A DNA stretch of 55,981 bases from Octopus bimaculoides (taxonomy: Eukaryota): contig NC_068982.1 of assembly GCF_001194135.2 (NCBI RefSeq), forward strand, positions 123,986,822 through 124,042,802, read 5' to 3'. The translations under genes were made by a program, and so were the position numbers. Positions 12,921 through 23,337 of the stretch are shown here, piece after piece (within the stretch, counting starts at the first letter, position 1; each line of letters opens with the position of its first letter). The notes beneath the pieces are model-generated. The model searched no databases. It saw nothing but the letters and a program-made list of their open reading frames with translations, and had not been told where the DNA came from.

Positions 12921-12974
12921 GTTGGTAAATAGTTGTTTTTTTTAATCCAAATCTCAACAATAACTTTATTTTTC

Positions 12975-13321
12975 AACTTTTCTTTTGCTTGTCATTGGAC
13001 TGTGGCCATACTGGGGTTTTAGTCAAATTGATACTTATTGTATCAGTTGCTTTTGTCAAACTGCTAAGTTACAGAAATGTAATCAAACCAACACTAGTTG
13101 TCAAGCAGAGTGATAGAGAGTGAAGTCAACAAACAAACACAGAAACACACACACACACACACACACACAACAGGCTTCCACACAGTTTTCATCAACCAAA
13201 TTCACTTACAAGGTATTAGTTAATGCAGGGCTATGATAGAAGACACTTGCCCAAGGTGCCATGCAGTGAACTGAATCTGAAACCACATGGTTGCAAAGCA
13301 AGCTTCTTAACTACACATGCC
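12975..13321 (-). mobile_element. SINE with internal (GT)n (family D), full length
   Basis: Reverse complement of aagaagcttgct...ccacatggtt...ccttgggcaagtgtcttcta...(gt)n...ccagtatggccacagtccaatgac; the 3' half is also at about 14722-14990 (+). Confidence 0.75.
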
Positions 13322-14364
13322 AACTCTGCTGAGGTTTTTTTTTTGTTTGATCAAGAGGGAAGGCAGTGCCCATGACCCTTCACAAGACTTCCAAGACAGA
13401 GGGGAGGGAAGGGGAAAGGTATTCTCAAGCCAGGGACCTAACCTGAATGCTTACAACAAAGTAAACTTTGTAAAGGTACCCCCCCCCCCAAGGGGCCAAG
13501 TAATGGGGTTAAACCAGGAAATGGATTAAGTCCACCGCCCATGTAGACTGTGACAGAATTTGAACTCAGAATGCCAAGAACTGATACAGATACTGAAATG
13601 CATCCTCTCTGACAGTCTTACCGTTCTGCCACTTCACCATCCTAAATTGGCATTTGTAAAACAACACTAAAAGGATGGAGAGCAAAGTTGAACTTGGTGG
13701 GATTTGAAAATAGAATGCTGAGTATCAGGACAAATACTGTGAGCCATTCTATTTTGACGCTCTAGCATGGCCAATTTACTGTCTAGTGTGTTTGGAACCA
13801 GCTGAGATAATATCAGATTTTATGTTTATTTTGATAACTATTTGTTCTAAATGTCAGAAGCTATATGATTTCATTTTACTGTTGAATATGATGAAATTAC
13901 AGGCATAATATTTATATAACTTTATAAAGATAATTTGAAGTTAAATTGATATAAATCTGAAAATCTCACTAAAGTGACTGAGTTTGCATCCATCTATAAT
14001 AAAATTTATTTCAATCATGACTACTAAAGATTCAAAATTAACTGCAACAAACAAATTAATCTGTCAAACCAAATTGTAAAGTCAGTATCCAAATTAGTTG
14101 CATAACAAAATATAGAGAGGTACCCTGTAATCTACAACAAAATCAATATAAAATTCATCTGTTTTTCTTGTCATAGTTGCTGAAGTGATGTGAAAAGCAT
14201 AGCCATAAAAGTATGTTAAGTTCAGACACTAATAAAGATAGGGAGAAAAGAGTATGTTATTTTTATTTGAAAATCACTTAAAGAAACATAGAATGTTATA
14301 CAACAGATCAGTAAAGAAGTAATTTATGTAAATATAAATTCATTCATGATATAGTTTTGTCTCA

Positions 14365-14578
14365 AGCAGCAAGTGAGCAGTATCATTACCATGCTGGACA
14401 AATGCTTAGCAGCATATCTTGTGGCTCTTTATGTTCTTAGTTCAAATACTACAGAAATCAACTTTGCCTTTTATCCTAGCAAGGCCAACAAAATAAGTAC
14501 CAGTTGAGCACTGGGATTGATGTCATTGATTTCCCCTCTCCTCATAACCACTGGCTTTGTGCCAAATTTAGAAAGAAT
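14365..14578 (+). mobile_element. SINE family A copy
   Basis: aaatgcttagc...gttcaaat...ctttgccttttatcc...aataagtaccagttgagcactggg...gtgccaaatttagaaag. Confidence 0.8.
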
Positions 14579-14720
14579 TCAAAAGAAGATATAGTTTAGT
14601 CTAGTTTGTGAGACAATATTAATCATTATTAAGCAATGGCTGAAACAAGGTTTAAATGCTGGGAATATATAACCAATAAATTCAGAAAAACAGCAACCAT
14701 GAACCTCTGTGACAAACATC

Positions 14721-14773
<53 letters not shown>

Positions 14774-15037
14774 ACATATGCACCTTCGTGTTTGTTCCCC
14801 ATTCCCCACTATCACTTGACAACCAGTGTTGGTTTGTTTATGTCCCTGTTATTTAACAGTTTGCTAAAAGGGACCAATAGAATAAGTACCTGACTTATAA
14901 TAAGTACTGGGGGAAATTTATTCAGTTAAACCCTTCGAGGTGGTGCCCCAGCATGGCCACAGTTCAATGAGTGAAGCAAGTAAAAGATAAAATTTATAAA
15001 TGTACACTTGGGTATTGATTTATTCCATTTATTTCAG

Positions 15038-15193
15038 GGGAGATTTTGAAAATGAGTCATTATGCCAAAGGTATTGACAAAGATGGTAATCTTCTGCTGG
15101 ATATTGTTGTTCGTGGAAATGTACCAAAGCTTAATGATTCAGGACAAATCACTTTGGAACCATACAAAGAAGACTACATACAGACTGGACCAG
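15038..15193 (+). CDS. HMCN1: Hemicentin exon, G2F domain part 3
   Basis: tttcag|GG GAG ATT ... CCA G|gtaata; 156 nt; GEILKMSHYAKGIDKDGNLLLDIVVRGNVPKLNDSGQITLEPYKEDYIQTGP. Confidence 0.95.
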
Positions 15194-15315
15194 GTAATAA
15201 GCATTCCTTACTTCTGTTACGGTAAAATTTTAATACTCTATTTATTAAGAGCCCTAGATATCGTTTTTTGATAATTATGTTGTTGTTGTTTTGTAACTGT
15301 TATTGTTACTAAGAG

Positions 15316-15590
15316 TGAAGTTGCATGGTTTAGTGGTTTGGGTGTTGCACTCACAATTGTAAGGTTGTGGTTTCAGTTCCTGGAGCAGGCAATGCATTGT
15401 GTTCTTGAGCAAAACACTTCATTTCACATTGCTCCCATACACTCATCTGTAAATGAGTCCCAGCAATTACTTGGAGGTTAGCTCAGTGATGGATCAGCAG
15501 CCTATTCAGGAGGAGTGTTACAATGGCAGTCACTTATACCTTCATGAAAACAGGGTTAAGCTCCAGCCTTATAAAGCCTAGGCTCATGAC
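15316..15590 (+). mobile_element. tRNA-derived SINE with CORE-like block and a distinct central/3' domain
   Basis: tRNA-like head, ttgtgttcttgagcaaaacacttcatttcac, then gtgatggatcagcagcctattcaggaggag...gggttaagctccagc. Confidence 0.7.
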
Positions 15591-15602
15591 AAATGTAAGA
15601 TG

Positions 15603-15647
<45 letters not shown>

Positions 15648-15707
15648 GAGTGAGAGAGAGAGAGAGAGAATGTAGCATTTTGAAAGAGATTACCTAAATA
15701 TCTAAGT

Positions 15708-16034
15708 CAGTGGTTCTTAACTGGAATCCATATAAAATTTTTGGGTGTCTACACAAGCAAAATAGTAAATTGGATTCACAATAGTATTTTATGGGCCTAT
15801 GAAAAAATTTTGCTTTAGATGTATTTATTACAAGAAACAGGCTAGGTTTCTTTCCCTAGAATTTTACATAGTTCAGCTTACACAAATGAATGTATGATAA
15901 ATAAAATAGGAACTTTGAAAGAAATATCTATAAAACTAGTTTTTTAACAATGAATGGCTTTGGAGATCCACCAGAATAGAATAGTAACCAAAGTGATTCA
16001 TAGATAAAAAAAAAAACATGGTTAATAACCACTG
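15708..16034 (+). mobile_element. hAT-type MITE with 8-bp TSD
   Basis: TIRs cagtggttcttaac / gttaataaccactg; TSD ATCTAAGT / ATCTAAGC. Confidence 0.85.
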
Positions 16035-16485
16035 ATCTAAGCAATCTAAACAATATAGTTAAGGATAACATTATTCATTTAATAAAATTTTCTGGTTCTT
16101 ATCTTTTTCTCAAAGCTGACTTTTGATATATAATACAGTTTATTTTCAGGACTCTTTCTTCCATGAATATTATTTAAGAAATTGGGTTACAACATTTCAG
16201 ATTTCTAGACTATATCATATCATATGGTATATGTTCTCAAGAATGCTGTCAGTCCACCAACGAAAATTGTTTTGCTTCAGGCAACTTATTCACATGAGTT
16301 ATAATGATCACTAACAGACTAAAAGTCAAAAAGAGTCTAAAAGTCTTTAAATTCCTAAAAGGGTTTGAAGTCATGTCAAAACTTTAGAACTTTGAAGTAG
16401 GAGTTCTATGAAGTATGACTGTACGGTTAAGAAGCTCACTGCATGACATTTCAGACAAGTGTTTTCTACCAGAACCTCAGGTTAA

Positions 16486-16712
16486 CCCTTTTGTTACCAT
16501 ATTTCTGTTGAAATGTTGAAACACTGCCTTTTTTCAATTAATTTTGAAAATAATGAAGAATTTAGCAAAATGACTTTGTCATTATTAAGCTGGTATTTGG
16601 AATATAAATTAAAATGACATGTAGATGGAAGATTTTAATTTAGATCATTTGAAACATGAAGTTTGTATTATAGATCAAGAGACCATCTTCAGTTGGTTAC
16701 TATAAAAACAGA
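16486..16712 (+). mobile_element. TTAA-flanked MITE
   Basis: TTAA|cccttttgttacc ... ggttactataaaaacaga|TTAA; an inverted partial copy lies at about 25150-25320. Confidence 0.65.
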
Positions 16713-17212
16713 TTAAGTAAGCCTTGTAAAATTTGACTGATGGAAACTAACAAGATAAGAATGAGGGAATGGTGTCAGCTGGGAGTAGCTCAAATGAGAG
16801 AATCGCTCTATGATGTTGGTAAGTAGTAACAGGTTCTGCTTTCATTACTTACAATAACAGAATAGTTCAGTAGATAGGAGAGTGATTGAGGAACAAATTG
16901 TAGGGAGATAAAGGTTGAGGTTAAAAATTGCAAAAATTTAGGCACATGCTCAACTGGTTAAGGTCAAACAACTGACAAGTAAATCTGTGGTACTGAGCAG
17001 AATATTTGCTGTAACCCATCTTTTATAACAAGACAAAACAATGTACATGATAACACTTCAAATCAGTAAAGATCAGAAGTCATGAGAGGCACTGCCTGGT
17101 ACTGAATCACGGCATTATCATTATTATTATTATTACTACTACTACTACTACTACTATTATGAAACTCCTAGTTTTGCATAATAAATAAAATATTATTTTT
17201 TCTTTTATTCAG

Positions 17213-17416
17213 GTTCTATTTACGCATATTCCTCCCGGAGATTTTCAATGAATGGAATCCCTGTGCCATATGCTTGGAATCACTCTATCACTTATGATGA
17301 AGATTATGGAACAATGCCTTACCTAGTTCAATCACTCCAAACATATTCTCTGAAATCAAAAATAAACTATGCAAGAAGATTGGTTAAATTCAATTTATAT
17401 TCTAAAATACGACCAG
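17213..17416 (+). CDS. HMCN1: Hemicentin exon, G2F domain part 4
   Basis: attcag|GT TCT ATT ... CCA G|gtacat; 204 nt; GSIYAYSSRRFSMNGIPVPYAWNHSITYDEDYGTMPYLVQSLQTYSLKSKINYARRLVKFNLYSKIRP. Confidence 0.94.
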
Positions 17417-18359
17417 GTACATTTTCATAATTTATGAATGATAATATGTTAGGGATAATATAAAATATAGAAAGCTTGATTTGGTACTTACTGTATGCTA
17501 GTTTAGAACCACAAATTATTTCCATCTAATTTTTCATCTTAATAGAGATGATTTAACTGAGTTGTTTGAGTTCAAATTCTACAAGAGTTAACTTTGAATT
17601 TCATCTTTCAGTAAAGCACCCATCTAGTTAATCAAGGATGGCCTTCAAGGAACCACAGAACCTAACACTCCTTCATCAGCTGTTCAATCTGTTTGACATA
17701 ATAGCTAAATATCTGTCAAATCAAATCTCACTCTTTAAAAAAAGTAAGATATACTGGACAATGATAAAAAAAATTGAGATTGGATGATCATAAATTATAT
17801 CCCATTGACCATAGATCTGCTCAAGAAAAGCAACTATAACCAACCACAAGTGATATAGTAGATGGATTTCTATCAGTTATAGCTCTCTACTACAAAAAAT
17901 TCAGTAAACTTGATTTTGTCACAAAATTCGGATAAAAACCAAGCTACAAAAATATATATAGGGCAAATTTGTAATATTTACTAAAAAATGAATCTAAAGT
18001 AAAAAAAAGTTCAAGAACAAAAAAGGAGTTAAGAAGAAATTAAACAATTGAATAAATGTCAAAGGAAATAATACTTTGAGAAAATCACAATTTGTAGTTA
18101 AAGTCTTAGTTTAGCAATAATTTCAACATTTTTTTGTTCCTTAAAATACAATACAAATCATTCCAAACTCAAGCTCTGCCTATCATTTCATATAACTGCA
18201 TACTGTATAACAGTTATATGACATAGGACTATATGAGGCAATATTAGATAAAATTTGTTATTAACCATCTTTTAATATCTGTTCAGAAGGAAGATAATAT
18301 TGATAAGTGTGACAAAAAATCATGGCATTAAAAATTGGTTTCTTTTTATATTTATTCAG

Positions 18360-18422
18360 GTTACCCAAGCAATCAGTGTCCTCAGGGATTTTTCTTGGAA
18401 TCACAAGGGCTCTACTGTTATG
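18360..18422 (+). CDS. HMCN1: Hemicentin exon, G2F-EGF connector (63 nt)
   Basis: attcag|GT TAC ... TAT G|gtatgt; GYPSNQCPQGFFLESQGLYCY, comparable to hemicentin SNQCPSGF...GPFC. Confidence 0.92.
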
Positions 18423-18890
18423 GTATGTTATATTTCCTTACTTTAATTACCACCAACTTTTTATTGATTTTTTTATTTATTTATTTTGCATGTTTCATCT
18501 GGATGTTCCTTTTCTACTACGTATCAAAAGAATCCTCAAAAATTTTTTATCAAAACTTTAATTCAATTAAATAATTCTTTTTCTTCAAGAAAATGTCCTT
18601 CCCATTCCCAACCAATCTAACCAGTATAATAATCAAAATCGAATACAGCATTTAAATTATGGTTTAGACCTATTATTTATCATTTCTTAGAGAAACCCTC
18701 TAATCCAACAGTTCTTGAATTTCAGTTAAATTAATCTCTTGCTTAAATATTCCAATAGTTCCAAGTATCCCTTTTACTATTTTTCTTAACTTGCAAATCA
18801 GTCTTCATTTAGATTACTAATATGATATATTAACTTTTTAAATCTCTTCCCTTCTATTCCTTTTAATTGCCATAGAACCCGTTTAGAAAT

Positions 18891-19055
18891 TGTTATGTCT
18901 CAAGCTACTGCTATCTAGCACCTTCGGATGATCTCTACTCAACTGCTACACAACTGCTACTCGACTGCTACTCAACACTCCTACCACGGCCAGACTACCT
19001 CTATTTATATGTCTTGGGAGATCCTACTTCTTCGCCTGGGGGCGTCGACACAACA
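18891..19055 (-). mobile_element. Solo LTR (165 bp) with 5-bp TSD
   Basis: TGTTATGTC...GACACAACA termini (8/9 inverted match), GAAAT on both sides, TATAAATAG on the minus strand at 19009-19001. Confidence 0.7.
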
Positions 19056-19454
19056 GAAATATATCCCCTCTCAATTGCAGAAGCAGGACTTAGTACTTTG
19101 AAGTGTTCTGATGAAGTTTTCATTACTTCCATTACTTCCTTAGTTTTATAGCCATGTGTGTGTGTGTGTTTGTGTGTACATATGTGTTGTTGGGTGAGTG
19201 TGGATGAGTGTGTGCAATGAGATCATGAATTATGAATTGATCCACAATGAAAACTGTAGTCTACAAAGATGAGTACAGAGGACATTCCTGTCAATTTCAC
19301 TTTTCATCAAATAATGATAAAATAATAATAATAAAACATCTACTTTTTCAAATTGTCTATGAAATATAGAGCTGTAAGCTTAAAGCATATTTTTATATGT
19401 ATGTACTAAACAATAAAGTTAGATAAATATATGTCATTTTATTTTCATATTTAG

Positions 19455-19574
19455 ACGAAGATGAATGTCGAGAAGCAGATACTTGTTCTCATTTCTGTCA
19501 CAACTCCCCTGGAAGTTATTCCTGTTCATGTGAGCCAGGATTTACACTGGATAGTGATCGGTCAACTTGTATTG
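19455..19574 (+). CDS. HMCN1: Hemicentin exon, cbEGF 1
   Basis: ttag|AC GAA GAT ... ATT G|gtgagt; 120 nt; DEDECREADTCSHFCHNSPGSYSCSCEPGFTLDSDRSTCI. Confidence 0.96.
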
Positions 19575-20248
19575 GTGAGTGATCTAACACAATGATTTCC
19601 TGAATTTTTTTTGAGATTTTTTTGTCCTTACCTAACTTACCAATATCTAATTTAGAAGAAGCAAGTTCAATATATTCAGGTGAAATAAATATTGGAGATA
19701 CTTTGCCTCACAGGAAACTGCAGAAGCTACTCAAGAGTATTGCAGACTCTTCTTCTGAATCCATTGAAATGTCAGAAACTCTACTGTATCATTAGCGTGT
19801 ATCTGAGGGTCACGAGCGTTTCAATCCTTTGCCTCTAATATTCACCTGAGTGGGGAAGTAAGGACTGCATTAGTCTCTACCTGCAGAAGGATTCCATCTA
19901 TGGTCTCTTATCAACCATAACTACCTTTAGCTGGTTTCAGCTACCATGTCTATATCCTTTCTTCAATTGTTTGGGTTCTAGACCAATCTTATGCAAGAAA
20001 TTGCACACCAATCCAGCTGGAAAATCATGTATTCAATATCACAACTTCAATTATAGTCAATATATATGACAATTGAGCTGCTATATGTGTAAATTTGCAA
20101 GTATATATATGGATATTTAAATGTAAATATTTGTGGTAATTTAATCAATTAAGTTGATATTACTAACTACCAGCAATATTTCGTTTTGGGATTTGGTTTG
20201 CAAGATTCTTTATGTGAGTTCCTGTGTTGAAGCATATTNNNNNNNNNN

Positions 20249-20421
20249 CCTTATAATTTAACACACTCACCGGTAAAATTTCCACTTATCTCTTTTTTAT
20301 TTTTCTAAAATTTTTGTTCCGTCTTGCAACCTTTTCAATAGTTTTAGCAAAACACAACAAAAATTTTAGAAAAATAAAAAAGAAGTGGAAATTTTGCTGG
20401 TGAGTGTGTTAAATTATAAGG
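20249..20421. repeat. Foldback (palindromic) element
   Basis: ccttataatttaacacactcacc...aaaatttccactt... pairs with ...aagtggaaattttgctggtgagtgtgttaaattataagg; the left end abuts an N gap. Confidence 0.85.
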
Positions 20422-20574
20422 CACCAAAAAAGAATGACTCTCCCCAGACACATACCAGCAATATAATTTTTACATAAGCTTTCTTCAATAGTTAGCTTAG
20501 TAATTCTACTGACTGTTATCAAATTTCAATGAAATAAATTCCTCATAACTGAGAATTCAATCTACTGTTTAGAC

Positions 20575-20938
20575 CACTGATTCTCAACCATTTTTTTATC
20601 TATAGACCCCTTTGTTTCCAGTTTTATTTTGGTGGACCTCCATAACCATTCAATGCTTAAAAACTAGTTTTATAGATACCTCTTTCGAAATTTGTATTTT
20701 GTTTTACACACATTCGCTAGTATAGGCTGAAGGGGGAAAGAAACCTAACTGCTTCTTGCAATAAATACATCTTAAGAAAAAATCTTTTCATGGACTCATA
20801 AAATATTACTGTGTTCAGTGATATTTTATGGATCTGTGAAAAATTTATGGGTACCAATTTACTATTTTGCTTGTGTGGATCCCCAGAAATCTTATATGGA
20901 CACCAAACAGTCATATGGATCCCAGTTGAAAACCTTTG
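20575..20938 (-). mobile_element. hAT-type MITE, inverted copy of 15708-16034
   Basis: Colinear with the reverse complement of the 15708 copy; TSD GTTTAGAC / ATTTAGAC. Confidence 0.8.
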
Positions 20939-20988
20939 ATTTAGACCATGTTCTTGTCATAAATTTCATCCTGTTTCTTTCTCTTCAG

Positions 20989-21123
20989 ATATTGATGAAT
21001 GCGCTGACCAGTTTGAAAGTTGTTTCAAAGGAGAAGACTGCATCAATACAATTGGTTCCTATCAATGTTATCCTTCTTGTCCTCTTGGTTTCAAACGAGA
21101 TAATGACAAACCCAAGTGTATAG
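20989..21123 (+). CDS. HMCN1: Hemicentin exon, cbEGF 2
   Basis: cttcag|AT ATT GAT ... ATA G|gtaaga; 135 nt; DIDECADQFESCFKGEDCINTIGSYQCYPSCPLGFKRDNDKPKCI. Confidence 0.96.
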   Translation: MLMNALTSLKVVSKEKTASIQLVPINVILLVLLVSNEIMTNPSV

Positions 21124-21431
21124 GTAAGAATAACTAGTATAACAAAATTTGGTAACAAAAATAATTTTGAAATATAAACAGGAAAAATAAGAATTACTTT
21201 GTACGGTTACTTCATTCTTTAAGCAAAGAGACTTACCTTAAACATTTGATATAATTTTAATTTGTTGATAGTGGCTCTTAGCTTGTGACTGTTACATAAA
21301 TGTAATTGAAAGAAGACAGAAATAAGTTCTGTCATTTTCTACAGGAGCTACACTAGTAAAGAGAAAATTAGTTATATATTTCATTTTTGGTTTGCAAGAC
21401 ACTTGATGTGAATTTGTATGTAGAAACAAAG

Positions 21432-21842
21432 TTTTTTGTATTCCAAGAGTATCATTATGTCAGTAAGAACACATGCACTGATTCTGTTTCACTTCTTTTA
21501 TGGTTAACTAGTTAGCTAGTTAACCATTTAACCAATTAACTAATTGGTTGTTTGACTGATTGCTCAGGTTTTTCTGCCGTATTCATGACCTTTTGCCATA
21601 TTCATCAATGACATGCTCTCAGACCTGAAGTAGAGAGAGCATTACATGGATAAGATCATGAATGGTAATGAAAGGACTGATAAATTTAACTGGTTGATTG
21701 ATTGACAGAACAATTAATAAACAAATCAGCTAATTAATTGGTTAAATAGTTAACTAATTGACAAATGAATAATAAAGAAGTAAAATAGAACCAGTGCATG
21801 TATTTATTATGGGCATAATGACCCTCCTGAGATACAACAAAA
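21432..21842. repeat. Long imperfect palindrome (foldback element)
   Basis: tcattatg..acatgcactgattctgtttcacttcttt pairs with aaagaagtaaaatagaaccagtgcatgt..cataatga; inner pairs ttaaccaattaa/ttaattggttaa and atgctctc/gagagcat. Confidence 0.8.
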
Positions 21843-22039
21843 TTAATTATATACTTTTGATTATATTTATTCTCTACACTCAGATCTTTTGAGAAAATTG
21901 GACCATCAAGATTTTTAAATAAAAAATTTGGTTGTAAGAAGAAGAAATTTTTTAAAAATCAATTACAATACTATATTGATTCAGTTATAAGTCAACATTT
22001 TGGTTATTTAATCCTATGTTTATTGTTAATATTTCTTGA

Positions 22040-22555
22040 TGAGCTGGTAGTGAGCTGGCAGAACCATTAGTATGCAGACAAAACACTAAGTGGCATTTCA
22101 CCTGTCTTTATGTCTGAGTTTAAATTCAACCAAAGTCAACTTTGCTTTTATTCTTTCAGGATCTATAAAATAAGTACCAGTTGAGCACTGGGGTTGATGT
22201 AACTGATTTATCCACTCTACAGAAATTGATGGCCTTGTGCCCAAATTTGAAACCAATATTTCTTGACTTTATGGCAGTGAGTTGGTAGAATAGTTAGCAC
22301 ACCTGATAAACTGTTTAACAGCATTTCATTGTCTTTACATTCTAGGCTCAAATTCTGTTCGACTTTGCCTTTCATCCTTAACCAGATGAAATGCTTAACA
22401 ATATCTTGTCTGTCTTTATGTTCTGAGTTCAAATTCCACCGAGCTCGACTTTGCCTTTCATCCTTTCAGGGTCAATAAAATAAGTACCAGTGGTTGATAT
22501 AATCGACTTCCCCTGACCCACAAATTCTGTCGGCCCTGTACCAAAATTTGAAAAC
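22040..22555 (+). mobile_element. Tandem family-A SINEs separated by a triplicated target site
   Basis: aatatttcttga at 22028-22039 and 22255-22266; aatattccttgac at 22556-22568. Confidence 0.85.
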
Positions 22556-22688
22556 AATATTCCTTGACATTTAAAACACAACGTTTTTATAGGAGGAAAA
22601 TGATAGCATTAAACACTTGGTAAAACTCTAAGTATACTTTCCATTTGAACACCTTTTTAATATCTGGCATTATTATCACCATCGTCAT

Positions 22689-22902
22689 AAGGCGACGAGC
22701 TTGCAGAAACGTTAGTATGCCAGGTGAAATGCTTAGCGATATTTCGTCTGTCTTTATGTTCTAAGTTCAAATTCCGCCAAGCTCGACTTTGCCTTTCATC
22801 CTTTCGGGCCCGATAAATTAAGTACCAGTTGCATACTGGAGTAGATCTAATTGACTGGCCCCCTCCTCAAAAATTTCGGGCCTGGTGCCTAGAGTAGAAT
22901 AG
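22689..22902 (+). mobile_element. Young family-A SINE with 17-nt TSD
   Basis: CpG-rich body; attatcaccatcgtcat (22672-22688) / attatcaccatcatcat (22903-22919). Confidence 0.85.
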
Positions 22903-23217
22903 ATTATCACCATCATCATTTGATGTCTGCCTTCTATAGCAGCATGGGTTAGATAATGTATGTATAAAATAAATATAATTTTTCCATCAAACATACTTCT
23001 TATTTTTTAAGTAAGCTGAAGAAACTAAACAAAAAATTTTTCTATTTGTGCACATCAGACATTTACACATTATAGAGTTAAGATTGTTGCTTATGTATTT
23101 AAAAGAAAAGATTTCAGCTTTTTGTAAATAGTATTTAATTGATATTCTGTTTTAATTTCTTATTGTTTCTAATTTCTTTTTTTTATCCTTTTTTTTTTTC
23201 ATTTTTGTCTCTTGCAG

Positions 23218-23337
23218 ATATTAATGAATGTGAGATGCCAGAAATAAATATTTGTGAACAACAATGTGTTAATACAGATGGAAGTTTCAGATGTAACTGT
23301 TTTGTTGGTTACGTATTTAATGGTTCTCGTTGCCTTG
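23218..23337 (+). CDS. HMCN1: Hemicentin exon, cbEGF 3
   Basis: ttgcag|AT ATT AAT ... CTT G|gtgagt; 120 nt; DINECEMPEINICEQQCVNTDGSFRCNCFVGYVFNGSRCL. Confidence 0.96.

Noticed and set aside
22028-22568. Repeat-spacer-repeat pattern superficially like a CRISPR array (also 45054-45203 and 28170-28420)
   Set aside because: This is a eukaryotic locus; the repeats are SINE target duplications or minisatellite units, the spacers are homologous to each other, and there are no cas genes.
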